In this document: positions 46,947 through 57,004 of the stretch, one piece after another | Layout of the letters: each line of letters opens with the position of its first letter | Numbering within the stretch: position 1 is the first letter of the stretch | DNA from: Patescibacteria group bacterium | Lineage (GTDB): Bacteria; Patescibacteriota; Minisyncoccia; Phycocordibacterales; UBA9973 | Direction: 5' to 3' | NCBI GenBank assembly: GCA_038061925.1 | Contig: JBBTYD010000002.1 | Coordinates: forward strand, 352-64,351 | DNA: 64,000 bases | Program-made: the position numbers and the translations under genes | Notes under the pieces: model-generated | Told to the model about the DNA's origin: nothing | The model's input: only the letters and a program-made list of their open reading frames with translations | Databases searched by the model: none

Positions 46947-48686
46947 TTATTGAACTTCTTTCCAGGATGTTATGCCCCACCCACCCGAAGGCCCATTCAC
47001 AAAATTAGCGTTAACTAACCCGCTATCATAAATCACGATAGCATTATTGTTTAAATGAATATATTTACCATTTAAAGATTTTGCAATGGCATTATTGCTT
47101 AAATTAACTGTGCCATTAGCAGCATATAATATAACAGCTCCGCCATTGTTTGATAGTGTTATAGCTTCCGTTGAAGTGGAAGTGGAAAGCACCATTAAAT
47201 AACTCCCAGCAGAACCTGAGCCGTCGAACACAGCATTATTGCCTATATTTACAATACCATCCACAACTATGACGCCTTCCGAAGTGTCATAACTAGATGA
47301 AAGACTTACAGTGGCATTATTACTAACGTTTACATTGCCACGCACCCAAAGGGTCCCGGTTACAGTAAGGTGAGCGCCATTGCTTACAGAGAGATCCCCG
47401 GTAATTTCCTTTGGCCCTAAAGAAGAATCGCTACCAGCTGTGTAATTCCCAGAATAGACCCCCCCTGCTGTTCCTTCATTTTTCCAATCTAAAATATTTT
47501 GATCAGAAATGGGCATCGCAACTTGAGTTGGATCTGAGAGTGTTGTGTTGCAAGATTTATTATTACCGCTCCCAGTTTGACAATAATTTATACCAGCGAT
47601 ATTTGAATTATTAACTGTATGAGCGTAGGCATTGCCTACGCCACCCGTCCCGACAGTTATACCACTGATAAGACCCGTCAAACCACCAAGATATAAATTA
47701 AAAAAACCATCAAGATTAGACGGGCTGGTATTATTCCAGGTTCCAGAATACGCGCCAATTTTACCGGCTCCATTTGAATATTCGTTATTATTTGCGCCAA
47801 TCATATAATATCTTGTTGAATTCGTAGACCCGTCAATCACAATCCAATAGGTTGCACCCGCCGTTAATTCTGGGTTAGAAGAAAATGGAACATCCACCCA
47901 ACCATAGGTGGTAGACACTAAAGAAGCAGAAAGAGGGCCAGATGCCAAAGTGGTCGTACTCGGACTTCCACTTGAATCTGATACAATCCTGATAGTCAAA
48001 TTAGAAGGAGTGCTAATTTTTTTAAGATAGAGTTTTACCTTATTCACTACTTCCGTTACGCTTACTTGAAAACTTTGGGCAAAATCTTGTGTCCCATTTG
48101 CATTTCCAAAAATAATATCATAAGAAGGTACACCAGAACCATTCATCTGATCTGCCGTAAGCGCTTCCGAATTAGCGGATAAAGCAGTACCAGTGATAGA
48201 TCCTGATCCTGTGATACTTCCATTTGAATAAACACTGCCATTCACAGAAGAATTATTCTCCATAGTGAAACCACCCAGACCGGTCTGTACGCCATAACTA
48301 AAAGAAACTCCTACGCCAGTATTTAAGACAAGCTCGCTTTTTCTTTGACGAGAATCAACATCTCCCAAAGAAGAAATGGTCTTTTCGTTATAACCAGAAT
48401 CACTTATCGTAGCGGTGGCTGAATTATTTTCTAAAGTAATTGTATTTGTTAAACCTATAGCTTTACCCGTCTTGAGACGGAAATATGAATCTTCCGCCGC
48501 CGACTCAGAAAGAAAGAAACTCCGTTGAGATTTTATCAAATTATTAACAGTTCTAAATTCGCGCACTGAAGGCCCCACCAGTCCGGAAATTATAGCTAAA
48601 GATATAAAAAGAAAAAAGATGACAGATATCAACATTGCCGCGCCACCGTTTTTTTTAATTTTTTTAAAATCTTTTTTCATAATCAA
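46947..48686 (-). CDS. Large pilus-associated secreted protein (pseudopilin or tip-adhesin candidate)
   Basis: 579 aa. An N-terminal pilin-like hydrophobic segment, then an Asn/Ser/Gly/Thr-rich beta-rich domain. It is the last gene of the pilus block. Confidence 0.45.
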   Translation of the reverse strand: MIMKKDFKKIKKNGGAAMLISVIFFLFISLAIISGLVGPSVREFRTVNNLIKSQRSFFLSESAAEDSYFRLKTGKAIGLTNTITLENNSATATISDSGYNEKTISSLGDVDSRQRKSELVLNTGVGVSFSYGVQTGLGGFTMENNSSVNGSVYSNGSITGSGSITGTALSANSEALTADQMNGSGVPSYDIIFGNANGTQDFAQSFQVSVTEVVNKVKLYLKKISTPSNLTIRIVSDSSGSPSTTTLASGPLSASLVSTTYGWVDVPFSSNPELTAGATYWIVIDGSTNSTRYYMIGANNNEYSNGAGKIGAYSGTWNNTSPSNLDGFFNLYLGGLTGLISGITVGTGGVGNAYAHTVNNSNIAGINYCQTGSGNNKSCNTTLSDPTQVAMPISDQNILDWKNEGTAGGVYSGNYTAGSDSSLGPKEITGDLSVSNGAHLTVTGTLWVRGNVNVSNNATVSLSSSYDTSEGVIVVDGIVNIGNNAVFDGSGSAGSYLMVLSTSTSTEAITLSNNGGAVILYAANGTVNLSNNAIAKSLNGKYIHLNNNAIVIYDSGLVNANFVNGPSGGWGITSWKEVQ

Positions 48687-49189
48687 TAACTGCCTCTTAA
48701 CACAATTGTATCGTAAAAATCCTGCGTCCGATCCAATGCGTCATTGGCAGATTTAACTGTTAAAAATATTTTCACCGCTTTGCCTTTTGTTGTGGTTATT
48801 TGCGTAAATGTTAGAGCGGTGACTGTAATATTGGGCGAATTTAAATTTCCTATATTGTTACCGGCATCCCAAAGTTCTATATTGGGGCTGATAAACTTAA
48901 ATTCTACAGTTTTATCTGAACCAGTAGAGTCTTTAGCACTAAGCGTTAAATCATCAACACCAATAGAACTAATATCGTTAGCTTGTCTGATTTCTCTAGA
49001 CATTCTTTCCATAATCGATCCACTTTGCAAAAGTTCGGCCTGTAATGTAGTCTCTCGAAACGCGTGGGTCATTATCACCATTGAATTGATTACCACCATA
49101 GACAGAAGAACAAAAAAAGAAATATAAAAAAGAAGTTCTAATACTGCATAACCATTTTCTTTTTTATTATTTTTGTTAATTTTAATCAT
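48683..49189 (-). CDS. Type IV pilin-like protein (minor pilin)
   Basis: Start at MIKINKNNKKENG|YAVLELLFYISFFVLL (prepilin-type leader with G at -1 and E at +5). Confidence 0.55.
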   Translation of the reverse strand: MIKINKNNKKENGYAVLELLFYISFFVLLSMVVINSMVIMTHAFRETTLQAELLQSGSIMERMSREIRQANDISSIGVDDLTLSAKDSTGSDKTVEFKFISPNIELWDAGNNIGNLNSPNITVTALTFTQITTTKGKAVKIFLTVKSANDALDRTQDFYDTIVLRGSY

Positions 49190-49196
49190 AATCAGT

Positions 49197-49682
49197 TTAG
49201 GAAAAGATATCCATAATATAAAATTGCAAATTTTTAGTGACAGTCGCGCCACCTTCAAGCCAAGACACCATAACAGTGACTAATTTTGTTCTAATATCAA
49301 GTGCCCCTCCAGAACTTACAATGTTTTTAGTAGTATTATCACGGTTTACATCCGCTAAAACTATAGCGCGGGTGAAAATCCCCACAGCACCATCACTAGA
49401 TGTGGTAGTCAGATTCCAGGTACCAGCAGAAAATTTGGGATAATAAGTTGCTCCAACCGCTAAACTAGAAATGTTACTCCATGCATTGTCGCGTACTATG
49501 CGTACTGCTTCTGCTCCCTCCTCCATTAAGAACGCCGCTTGGGTAGTGTGAAAGGCCTGGCGAGAAACATAAATGGATTTTTGAGCAACTGTCATCGCCG
49601 CTAAAACTGAAATAGTAATAATAGAAGCGACTATTAATACTTCAACGACCATAAATCCACTATTTTTAAAAAAAATTTTCAT
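49197..49682 (-). CDS. Type IV pilin-like protein
   Basis: MKIFFKNSG|FMVVEVLIVASIITISVLAA: a class III signal peptide motif. Confidence 0.65.
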   Translation of the reverse strand: MKIFFKNSGFMVVEVLIVASIITISVLAAMTVAQKSIYVSRQAFHTTQAAFLMEEGAEAVRIVRDNAWSNISSLAVGATYYPKFSAGTWNLTTTSSDGAVGIFTRAIVLADVNRDNTTKNIVSSGGALDIRTKLVTVMVSWLEGGATVTKNLQFYIMDIFS

Positions 49683-49683
49683 T

Positions 49684-50142
49684 TTAATTTACGCTCGCCA
49701 TACCTGTAGCAAATATTGTAATAGTTTTAATAAAATTCGTACTAGAAATAATTATTGATCCGGTAACGTTAGGTGTACCGCTTAATCTATTAAAATAAAG
49801 ATCTGCGCCTCCTCCTGCAATTGTAATAGTGGATATCGTTGCAGGTAAAGTTATGTTGATTGTTTCATTATCTGACGCCGTAGCAGAAAAAATTTTACCT
49901 TTAAAAATTATAACTTTATTGGACTCGAAATGCACTCCATACTCCGAAGAATAAAGAGAGGAAAGAGTTTCTCCGCGCGCCTTGTCGATAGAGGATAATA
50001 TGTCAGCCACTCCACTTTTAAACACTTGATTTTCTCTGATCTGTGAAAATTGTGGAATTGCGACTGAAATTATAATACCCAACACTGTTAATACTACCAA
50101 TAATTCTATCACAGTTATTCCCTTTTTGAGAAAATTTTTCAT
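49684..50142 (-). CDS. Type IV pilin (major pilin candidate)
   Basis: MKNFLKKG|ITVIELLVVLTVLGIIISVAIPQF: a canonical prepilin N-terminus. Confidence 0.8.
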   Translation of the reverse strand: MKNFLKKGITVIELLVVLTVLGIIISVAIPQFSQIRENQVFKSGVADILSSIDKARGETLSSLYSSEYGVHFESNKVIIFKGKIFSATASDNETINITLPATISTITIAGGGADLYFNRLSGTPNVTGSIIISSTNFIKTITIFATGMASVN

Positions 50143-51359
50143 TATTTTATACTGCCTAAAATTGAATAGAGTGGCGAAATCATCGAAATGGCAAAGAACC
50201 CAACCCCCGCGCCAATCACAATCATCAAGAGAGGCTCGATAATGGTAGAAAGATTCTTAGTTTTATTTTCAATTTCTCCCTCATAAAACAAAGCAATTTC
50301 GAGCAACATATCTGACAATTTGCCAGTTTCTTCCCCAACTTGGATCATTTCCGACATCATTACAGGATAAAGCTTGTCATTGGCTCCAAAAACTTTCGAA
50401 AACGGAGCCCCTTTTTCTACGGCAATCTTAGCTTCATTTAAAATCTTTTTGTAGTAAATATTTTGCACTACATCTTCCGTAATTTCTACCGCGCGAGTGA
50501 TGGAAACCCCTGCGAGCAACAGTGAGGACATAGTGCGAGCAGTGCGGGCGGTATTTAATTCTTTTGCTAAATTTCCGATGACTGGAATTTTGAGAATCGC
50601 GTAATCAATATATTTTGTCATAAATCCAGCGCGAGAAAGAAAGTAAAGTCCAGCCCCTAATCCAATTATAATAACAAAGGTCAGGATTAGATTATTGGAG
50701 AAAAAATTACCAAAAAAAATAAGGATCCGAGTGGAAACAGGCAAAACAACCCCAAGCTCTTTGAAAGTGCTGGCTAATGTTGGCACCACAAAAGCAAACA
50801 TTAAAACACCAATTACAACCATCGCGGATAGAATCACCCCGGGATAAATAAGAGCCCCCCGTATTTTCTTGGTCAAAGAGTGCGATTTTTCCAGGTTCAT
50901 CCCAATATCAGAAAGCGCGCCGGCCAGGTTCCCTGATTCCTCGCCGGCGCGAGTTATTGATATGAAAAGTTTTGAAAAAACATTAGGAAACTTTGAAAGT
51001 CCGCTTGATAAACTTTCTCCAGAATTTATCTCATCGGAAAGAGATGTCAAAATGTCGCTAAGTTTAGAATTTTTTGTTTGCTTTTTTAAAACAGACAGCG
51101 CCCGATACAATGAAAGTCCAGCTTTTAACATTCCACTTAAATTTTTTGTCAAAATAATTTGTTCATTGACGCTTATTTTGGAAAAAATACTTGTGAAATG
51201 TGACATCTTGTCAAAAAAGCTTTCATCTTTCTCTTTAATCAATAAAGGCGTGTTTCCGCGAGATCGCAGATCGCGAGCGAGCGCTAGACGATTGGCCGCA
51301 TATAAAATACCTTCTGAAATTTCCCCTGTTTTTGATTTTGCTTTATAAAAAAAAAGCAT
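50142..51359 (-). CDS. pilC: Type IV pilus assembly platform protein PilC (GspF family)
   Basis: 405 aa with two T2SSF domains and three TM segments. Its stop overlaps the pilin start (ATGA). Confidence 0.9.
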   Translation of the reverse strand: MLFFYKAKSKTGEISEGILYAANRLALARDLRSRGNTPLLIKEKDESFFDKMSHFTSIFSKISVNEQIILTKNLSGMLKAGLSLYRALSVLKKQTKNSKLSDILTSLSDEINSGESLSSGLSKFPNVFSKLFISITRAGEESGNLAGALSDIGMNLEKSHSLTKKIRGALIYPGVILSAMVVIGVLMFAFVVPTLASTFKELGVVLPVSTRILIFFGNFFSNNLILTFVIIIGLGAGLYFLSRAGFMTKYIDYAILKIPVIGNLAKELNTARTARTMSSLLLAGVSITRAVEITEDVVQNIYYKKILNEAKIAVEKGAPFSKVFGANDKLYPVMMSEMIQVGEETGKLSDMLLEIALFYEGEIENKTKNLSTIIEPLLMIVIGAGVGFFAISMISPLYSILGSIK

Positions 51360-51391
51360 ATATATTGTGTATTATACACACTTGCTAATTT

Positions 51392-53149
51392 TTACTCCGA
51401 AACAACCCGAAATATTTCTTCCAAAGTCGTCACGCCCAATACCGCTTGATATACTCCATCTTCCAGCATCGTCATCATTCCTTCTTTTTTCGCTTGAACT
51501 TCTATATCATCTTGAGATTTTCCACTGATAATCATTTCTTTGATGGTGGGCGTAATTTTTAAAACTTCATGCATCCCAATACGCCCTCCATACCCATCTT
51601 CAAATTCGCCACTCTTGACCGCTTTATAAAAAGGAATTTTGTCCCAAGTATCTTTGACACTCACGATATTCTCGATTTTTAAAAATCCTAGTACTCTGTC
51701 TAAATCAACAACCTTGGCTAAATTTTTTATTTCGACGGACGATAAAAAATATTTCTCTTTATTCGGAGTAAGCCGGCGTATCAATCTTTGCGCGATAATT
51801 GTTTTGACGGTGGCTGTTATTAAAAAAGGCTCAACCCCCATATCGATTAATCGAGGTATGGCGCCAGAGGCGCTATTGGTATGAATAGTCGAGAGAACCA
51901 AATGGCCGGTAAGTGAAGCATTCACCGCTAGTCCGGCTGTTTCGCCATCTCGAATCTCTCCCACCATTATTATATCCGGGTCCTGACGTAGAAGAGAACG
52001 CAGGCCATTGGCAAAAGATAATCCTATTTCCGGTTTAACTTGTGTTTGGTTTACTCTCGGCATTTGATATTCAATCGGATCTTCCACGGTGGAAATATTG
52101 ACTTCCGGCTTATTCAAAATATCAAGCATCGTATAGAGGGTGGTTGTTTTTCCACTCCCGGTAGGACCGGTCGCGAGCACCATTCCAGTCTTTTGCGAGA
52201 GTGACGCATGTATTCGCTCTAATCCTTCTCCATGAAAACCAAGCGTTTCTAACGAAAATCCATGCGCATTTTCTTTTAAAATTCTCAGTACCGTTTTTTC
52301 TCCAAAAAAAGTAGGCAGAGTAGATACCCGGAAGGAAATCTTCTCTCCGTCTTGTTCTTTTTTAAATCGGCCGTCTTGGGGCAATCTTTTTTCATCCAGT
52401 CTTAAATTTGAAAGCACTTTGATGCGCGCGGTGATTCCGGCGCCAGCATTTTTATCCAAGATCATCGCATCGCGCAATATGCCGTCTATTCTGTAACGGA
52501 CAGTGAGTTCACCCTCTCCTGGTTCTATATGAATATCAGACGCATTTTGCAGAATCGCATGAAAAATTAAAGAATCAACAATTTTTATAACTGGCAAATC
52601 TTCAGCGAGATTTTTCAACTCCGATTCAGATTTTTCACCGTCTTTATTCGCTTCATTTGACACATCGGCCAGGGTAGTGGATTCTTTTTGGATAATATTT
52701 TTAAATTCAGCTTTTAAACTTTTTCTATATTGCACGAGCACAGACTTGATGGAAATCGTATCCGTCAATCGAGGCAAGATTTTAAGTCCGGAACGTTTCT
52801 TAATAAAATCAATCACCGGCAAGTCGTCGACATCCAGCATAGCCACCTCTAGCCCTTTCTCGCTTTTTTTATAAGCAACGATATTATCGTTGCGCGCAAT
52901 CGGTTCGGGAATGAGAGAAAGCACCGAAAAATCAATCTTTGCTTTAGTTAAATTAATAAATGGTATTCCTAAGACAAAAGCTTCCATCCGCTTTAAATCA
53001 GTTTCCGATATTTTTCCTTCACTTAGCAGAATATTCCCAAATTTTTGTTTTTTGGTTTCGGCTAACTTTACCGCGGAGTTAAAATCTGTTTTAGAAACAA
53101 GCCCTGATTCTAGAATAAATTTCTTCAACTGTTCTTCGTCGATTTGCAT
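51392..53149 (-). CDS. pilB: Type IV pilus assembly ATPase PilB (GspE family)
   Basis: 585 aa. N-terminal GSPII_E_N-like region, Walker A GPTGSGKTTTLYTML, Asp box and His box. Confidence 0.9.
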   Translation of the reverse strand: MQIDEEQLKKFILESGLVSKTDFNSAVKLAETKKQKFGNILLSEGKISETDLKRMEAFVLGIPFINLTKAKIDFSVLSLIPEPIARNDNIVAYKKSEKGLEVAMLDVDDLPVIDFIKKRSGLKILPRLTDTISIKSVLVQYRKSLKAEFKNIIQKESTTLADVSNEANKDGEKSESELKNLAEDLPVIKIVDSLIFHAILQNASDIHIEPGEGELTVRYRIDGILRDAMILDKNAGAGITARIKVLSNLRLDEKRLPQDGRFKKEQDGEKISFRVSTLPTFFGEKTVLRILKENAHGFSLETLGFHGEGLERIHASLSQKTGMVLATGPTGSGKTTTLYTMLDILNKPEVNISTVEDPIEYQMPRVNQTQVKPEIGLSFANGLRSLLRQDPDIIMVGEIRDGETAGLAVNASLTGHLVLSTIHTNSASGAIPRLIDMGVEPFLITATVKTIIAQRLIRRLTPNKEKYFLSSVEIKNLAKVVDLDRVLGFLKIENIVSVKDTWDKIPFYKAVKSGEFEDGYGGRIGMHEVLKITPTIKEMIISGKSQDDIEVQAKKEGMMTMLEDGVYQAVLGVTTLEEIFRVVSE

Positions 53150-53164
53150 ACGCTAGCATTATAG

Positions 53165-53201
53165 CAAAAAATCCCTCCAATAAACATTGGCGGGGATTTT
53201 T
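53165..53201. terminator. Terminator hairpin, with TATAAT immediately upstream of pilB on the minus strand
   Basis: AAAAAATCCCTCCAATaaacatTGGCGGGGATTTTTT. The minus strand continues GCTATAATGCTAGCGT-ATG (pilB). Confidence 0.5.
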
Positions 53202-53210
53202 TGCTAATTG

Positions 53211-54149
53211 TTAACCTTCTATGAAGATTGGTTTTTTCTTGGTACAACGACCACCAGTGTCAACACCTGTTTCATTTCCATTTTTTATGCCATCAGAGCA
53301 AGTGCCAGGGGGCCCACAACGACCACCAGTGTCAACACCTGTTTCATCACCGTTCTGAATTCCATCAGAGCAAGTGCCAGTGCCACCGCAAGATTGAGAA
53401 GAATTACCACTACAACTAGCTCCCCCGTTCGCAGGAGCGGGATTAGTACAAGTACGAGTTTGTGTTCCACCACTACAAGCGCTCCAAACGCTCCAGCCAC
53501 CATTAACAACAATCTTGGTTTCTGAACAAGATGCATTGGTTCCGCCATTTATACCATTACAGGACCAAGTCCAAGTAGAAGCGCCATCCACATTATTTCT
53601 GCTATTGCCTGTAAGACAGCTGTAGTGTATGACATCGCAAGCGCCGTTCACAAGAGAAGCAGACCCAACGATAACGCCATCAAAACGAACCCAACCCACG
53701 ACATCGCTCCCCCAAGCATAACCTGAAAAATTATCGTTATTAAAATTGACACCATAACTTGGACTAGAGCCAGACAGAGAAATCCAACCATCCCAGCCAT
53801 TGCCATCGGCGGAAAGAGCTTTGACCCAACCTTCTAGATTACTGCCGTTTATATTTGCATTTTCAGCTCGTGTTCCACCGCCAGTTGGAAACCCTGCAAG
53901 ATTACCAAATTGTATCCAGCCTATGTTCGAGGACCAAGCGTAACCGACGAGAGTGTCATCAGTATTCTTGTTAACGCCATAATCTACACTTCCACCATCA
54001 TTGGTATTATTGAAACTAATCCAACCTATGTTCGAGGACCAAGCCCAACCGGACATATTGTGTCCACTTCCAGCCGAAACAACAGAAGGCCAAAAAGGCA
54101 AGAGAAAAAAGACTAGAGTAAAAATAATCTTAAACAAATAAATTTTCAT
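53211..54149 (-). CDS. Hypothetical secreted repeat protein
   Basis: 312 aa. A signal peptide, repeated GYAWSSNIGWI(S/Q)F motifs, and two C-terminal tandem Cys repeats TCSDGI(Q/K)NG(D/N)ETGVDTGGRC. Confidence 0.55.
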   Translation of the reverse strand: MKIYLFKIIFTLVFFLLPFWPSVVSAGSGHNMSGWAWSSNIGWISFNNTNDGGSVDYGVNKNTDDTLVGYAWSSNIGWIQFGNLAGFPTGGGTRAENANINGSNLEGWVKALSADGNGWDGWISLSGSSPSYGVNFNNDNFSGYAWGSDVVGWVRFDGVIVGSASLVNGACDVIHYSCLTGNSRNNVDGASTWTWSCNGINGGTNASCSETKIVVNGGWSVWSACSGGTQTRTCTNPAPANGGASCSGNSSQSCGGTGTCSDGIQNGDETGVDTGGRCGPPGTCSDGIKNGNETGVDTGGRCTKKKPIFIEG

Positions 54150-54273
54150 TGTCTAATTATACCCTGATAGAGAAGCCATCACAATAGAGTTATCCACAAC
54201 ACCAAAAACTAAAAAAATTGACATTCTTTCTATTTCTTTGTAAAATAATCCAGAAAGCTCACCAAAACTTAAT

Positions 54274-55524
54274 ATGAAAAAAATAGAACAAATCGCAGTC
54301 CTATTGAGTTTTGGGCTAACAACCCAAGTCTCAGTAATTGCGACAGTCCTCTCACACAATGGCAGTGATTATGCCATCGTGGTCAACGACTCAAGACGGG
54401 TCGTGAATCTCGTCGTCTCACCTGACGCTTGTAAGTTGTTTTCCAGCGCAACCCATGATGGGTTCCAGATAACCCCTCAGTTGTCCAAACACATTTACGA
54501 CCAGTTTGAAGACAACTTTGACTTCATCATTTTTCAGAGTGATCAAGTTTGGCCCCCGACTGGTGCCGCCTATGGCGGTCAGATCCAAGCAATCCAGAAT
54601 GATACAAAAGGTATCGGCCTGAGCATCTACAACTTCTGCGACTCCTATGGATCCAGTGGAAAGTTGCAGTGCATCATCCACCTTGCAGAATTAAATGGTC
54701 TTATAGGTGGGGCGGGTTTACATGAAATTATGCACCGTTGGGGTAATTTCTTAAATTCCATTCCCGGTCTGGGATCACATTGGGGTTTCTCTAGTGTCAA
54801 TGGTCAGTTAGGCGGCTGGCAGATTGACACACTCCAATATCTGGGCAACGGCCAATACTCGGCAAATAACGGCCAGCCAGGCAATTGGTTTGACCCGTCT
54901 GGTAACGCAGGGAATAAGGTTCCCTACATGAAACTGGAACTTTATCTTATGGGTCTCGTGCCTATACAAGAAGTTCCAGACATCGAGGTTGCCATAGACG
55001 CGTCATTTATTGGCACCAGTCGGAGTTTTTTTACCGCCAGCGGTTTCAAAACCATAACGAGCGCGGATATAGTCGCCATCGACGGAACTCGCATCCCCGA
55101 TTACACGGCTTCACAGAAAGATTTCAAGACGTTGTTTGTAGTAGTGACTTCTGCGCCTCTCTCCGAAGCGCGTTTCGATTACTACGACAGCGCCGTAAGA
55201 AATTTTTCCAAGCAGAGTCCGACCCGATCTGAAACCGGCTTCTACAACTTCTGGGAAGCTACGGGCGGTCGTGCGACCATGGAAATAACCATTTCCCCGG
55301 AAGACGTCAAGGGCGGAATGAAGCCCTCGGTCACAGCCCAGCCTTCGGCAGGGTTGCTGAATCTCAGTTGGGCCGATATCGGATACCGGCTCCAATCTTC
55401 CGAATCTTTCGTCACTCCTAGCAGTTGGAGCGACGTTTTGGGTCCTTTCCGGACTAACAACGGGATTGTTAGCGTTTCCATCCCCATGGACGGCGACCGA
55501 CAATTTTTTAGGTTGGCAAAGTAA
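54274..55524 (+). CDS. Secreted protein with an HExxH zinc-metallopeptidase-like motif
   Basis: 416 aa. A signal peptide and the motif GLHEIMHRWG. GC3 is about 58%, versus about 38% in the neighbouring gene (counted by eye). Confidence 0.55.
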   Translation: MKKIEQIAVLLSFGLTTQVSVIATVLSHNGSDYAIVVNDSRRVVNLVVSPDACKLFSSATHDGFQITPQLSKHIYDQFEDNFDFIIFQSDQVWPPTGAAYGGQIQAIQNDTKGIGLSIYNFCDSYGSSGKLQCIIHLAELNGLIGGAGLHEIMHRWGNFLNSIPGLGSHWGFSSVNGQLGGWQIDTLQYLGNGQYSANNGQPGNWFDPSGNAGNKVPYMKLELYLMGLVPIQEVPDIEVAIDASFIGTSRSFFTASGFKTITSADIVAIDGTRIPDYTASQKDFKTLFVVVTSAPLSEARFDYYDSAVRNFSKQSPTRSETGFYNFWEATGGRATMEITISPEDVKGGMKPSVTAQPSAGLLNLSWADIGYRLQSSESFVTPSSWSDVLGPFRTNNGIVSVSIPMDGDRQFFRLAK

Positions 55525-55541
55525 CCAGCCACATCATCACC

Positions 55542-55576
55542 GGGCTCTCCTTTTATTAGAAGAGCCCCTTGTTTTT
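55542..55576 (+). terminator. Rho-independent terminator
   Basis: GGGCTCTccttttattagaAGAGCCCCTTGTTTTT. Confidence 0.6.
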
Positions 55577-55618
55577 ACCCAGGTAAAGTTTGCCTTTCAA
55601 TAAAATCTATGATACTCT

Positions 55619-55645
55619 TGCAGTGTATGGGTCCTGTCGCAACAG
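55619..55645 (+). terminator. Second terminator or attenuator hairpin upstream of nusA
   Basis: GGGTCCTGTCGCAACAGGACTTTTTTG. Confidence 0.55.
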
Positions 55646-55708
55646 GACTTTTTTGATTAAAACTTAATAGAAGATTGCGTCGCGCCAAATCGACTTACGC
55701 GACGTGAT

Positions 55709-56947
55709 TTGCAAAATCATATGTTAGATCTAAAAACATTCAAATCAGCGTTGGAACAACTGGAAGAGGAAAGAAAAATCCCAAAAGAAAAAATATTAGA
55801 CGCAATAGAGCAGGCAATGGCGGCCGCTTATAAAAAGGATTACGGCAAAAAAGGGCAAATTATACGCGCCAAGTTTGACCTGGAGACAGGCAAGACTGAT
55901 TTTTTCCAAGTAAAAATTGTGGTAGACGAAAGTATTGCCGTTATTGGTGGAGACAAAAAATCTCTACCCAACCTTCCACTTAATAAGGGAGAGGAGAGAG
56001 AGAAAAGGGAGTATTCTCTCCAAGAAACTGACGACGAGCGCGTACACTTCAACGGAGAGCATCACATAATGCTGGAAGATGCGAAAAAAATAAAAAAAGG
56101 GGCAGAATTAAATGACGAAGTTGTTTTTCCATTAGAGTCAAAAGAAGATTATGGACGCATTGCCGCCCAGACCGCCAAGCAGGTCATCATCCAGAAAATC
56201 CGTGAGGCTGAACGCACCTCCATAATAGATGAATATGGAAACAAAGAAGGAGAAATAGTCGGAGGGATAGTGCAAAAAGTTGAAAGAGGAAATATTTATA
56301 TTGACTTTAACCGAGCGACCGGTATCTTGCCCGCGGAAGAACAAATCCCCGGAGAATATTGGGAACGGGGTCAGCGAGCGCGAGTATATCTCTACTCCGT
56401 AGAGGATACGCCCAGAGGCATAAACTTGCGTCTTTCTCGCACTCATCCAAAATTTATAGAAAAACTTTTTGCTCTGGAAGCGCCAGAAATTCAAAATGGA
56501 GTCGTGGAAATAAAATTTATTGCCAGAGAGCCCGGCGCTCGGTCTAAAATAGCAGTAGTTTCGAAAGATGAACATATCGATGCAGTCGGATCATGTGTCG
56601 GACAAAAAGGCACCCGAGTGAACACTATCACGCAAGAACTGGGGGGAGAGAAAATTGATATCATTCCGTGGTCGCTTGACCCGAAAATTTTCGTGTCTAA
56701 TTCTCTCTCTCCTGCCAAAGTCATCTCGATCGAAATAGATGAAGAAGATCACAAAGCCACGGTGGAAGTGGCTAATGACCAGCTTTCTCTCGCTATCGGC
56801 AAGGGTGGACAAAATGTGCGTCTAGCGGCTAAACTTACTGGTTGGAGAATCGACATCAAAGGTGACGGCCTGCCTGCCGCGCCTGCGCGCGCGGGGCAGG
56901 CAGAGAAAATGGTTCCCGAAAAAGTCGAAGTGGAAGAAGCGAAGTGA
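55709..56947 (+). CDS. nusA: Transcription termination/antitermination factor NusA
   Basis: 412 aa. N-terminal domain, S1 domain (...[20 protein letters not shown]...), two KH domains (...[26 protein letters not shown]...; ...[26 protein letters not shown]). Confidence 0.9.
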   Translation: MQNHMLDLKTFKSALEQLEEERKIPKEKILDAIEQAMAAAYKKDYGKKGQIIRAKFDLETGKTDFFQVKIVVDESIAVIGGDKKSLPNLPLNKGEEREKREYSLQETDDERVHFNGEHHIMLEDAKKIKKGAELNDEVVFPLESKEDYGRIAAQTAKQVIIQKIREAERTSIIDEYGNKEGEIVGGIVQKVERGNIYIDFNRATGILPAEEQIPGEYWERGQRARVYLYSVEDTPRGINLRLSRTHPKFIEKLFALEAPEIQNGVVEIKFIAREPGARSKIAVVSKDEHIDAVGSCVGQKGTRVNTITQELGGEKIDIIPWSLDPKIFVSNSLSPAKVISIEIDEEDHKATVEVANDQLSLAIGKGGQNVRLAAKLTGWRIDIKGDGLPAAPARAGQAEKMVPEKVEVEEAK

Positions 56948-57004
56948 GGTAAAATAAATTATTATAAAGTAACTTGTCCCGTTGCAACGGGATGAAATAA
57001 AAAT

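Noticed and set aside
54274-55524. Calling the HExxH gene a definite horizontal-transfer island
   Set aside because: GC content is heterogeneous across this window (recA, the ftsK 3' half and hppA are also GC-richer than the AT-rich hypotheticals). Composition alone is insufficient, so it is kept as a moderate-interest finding with that caveat.
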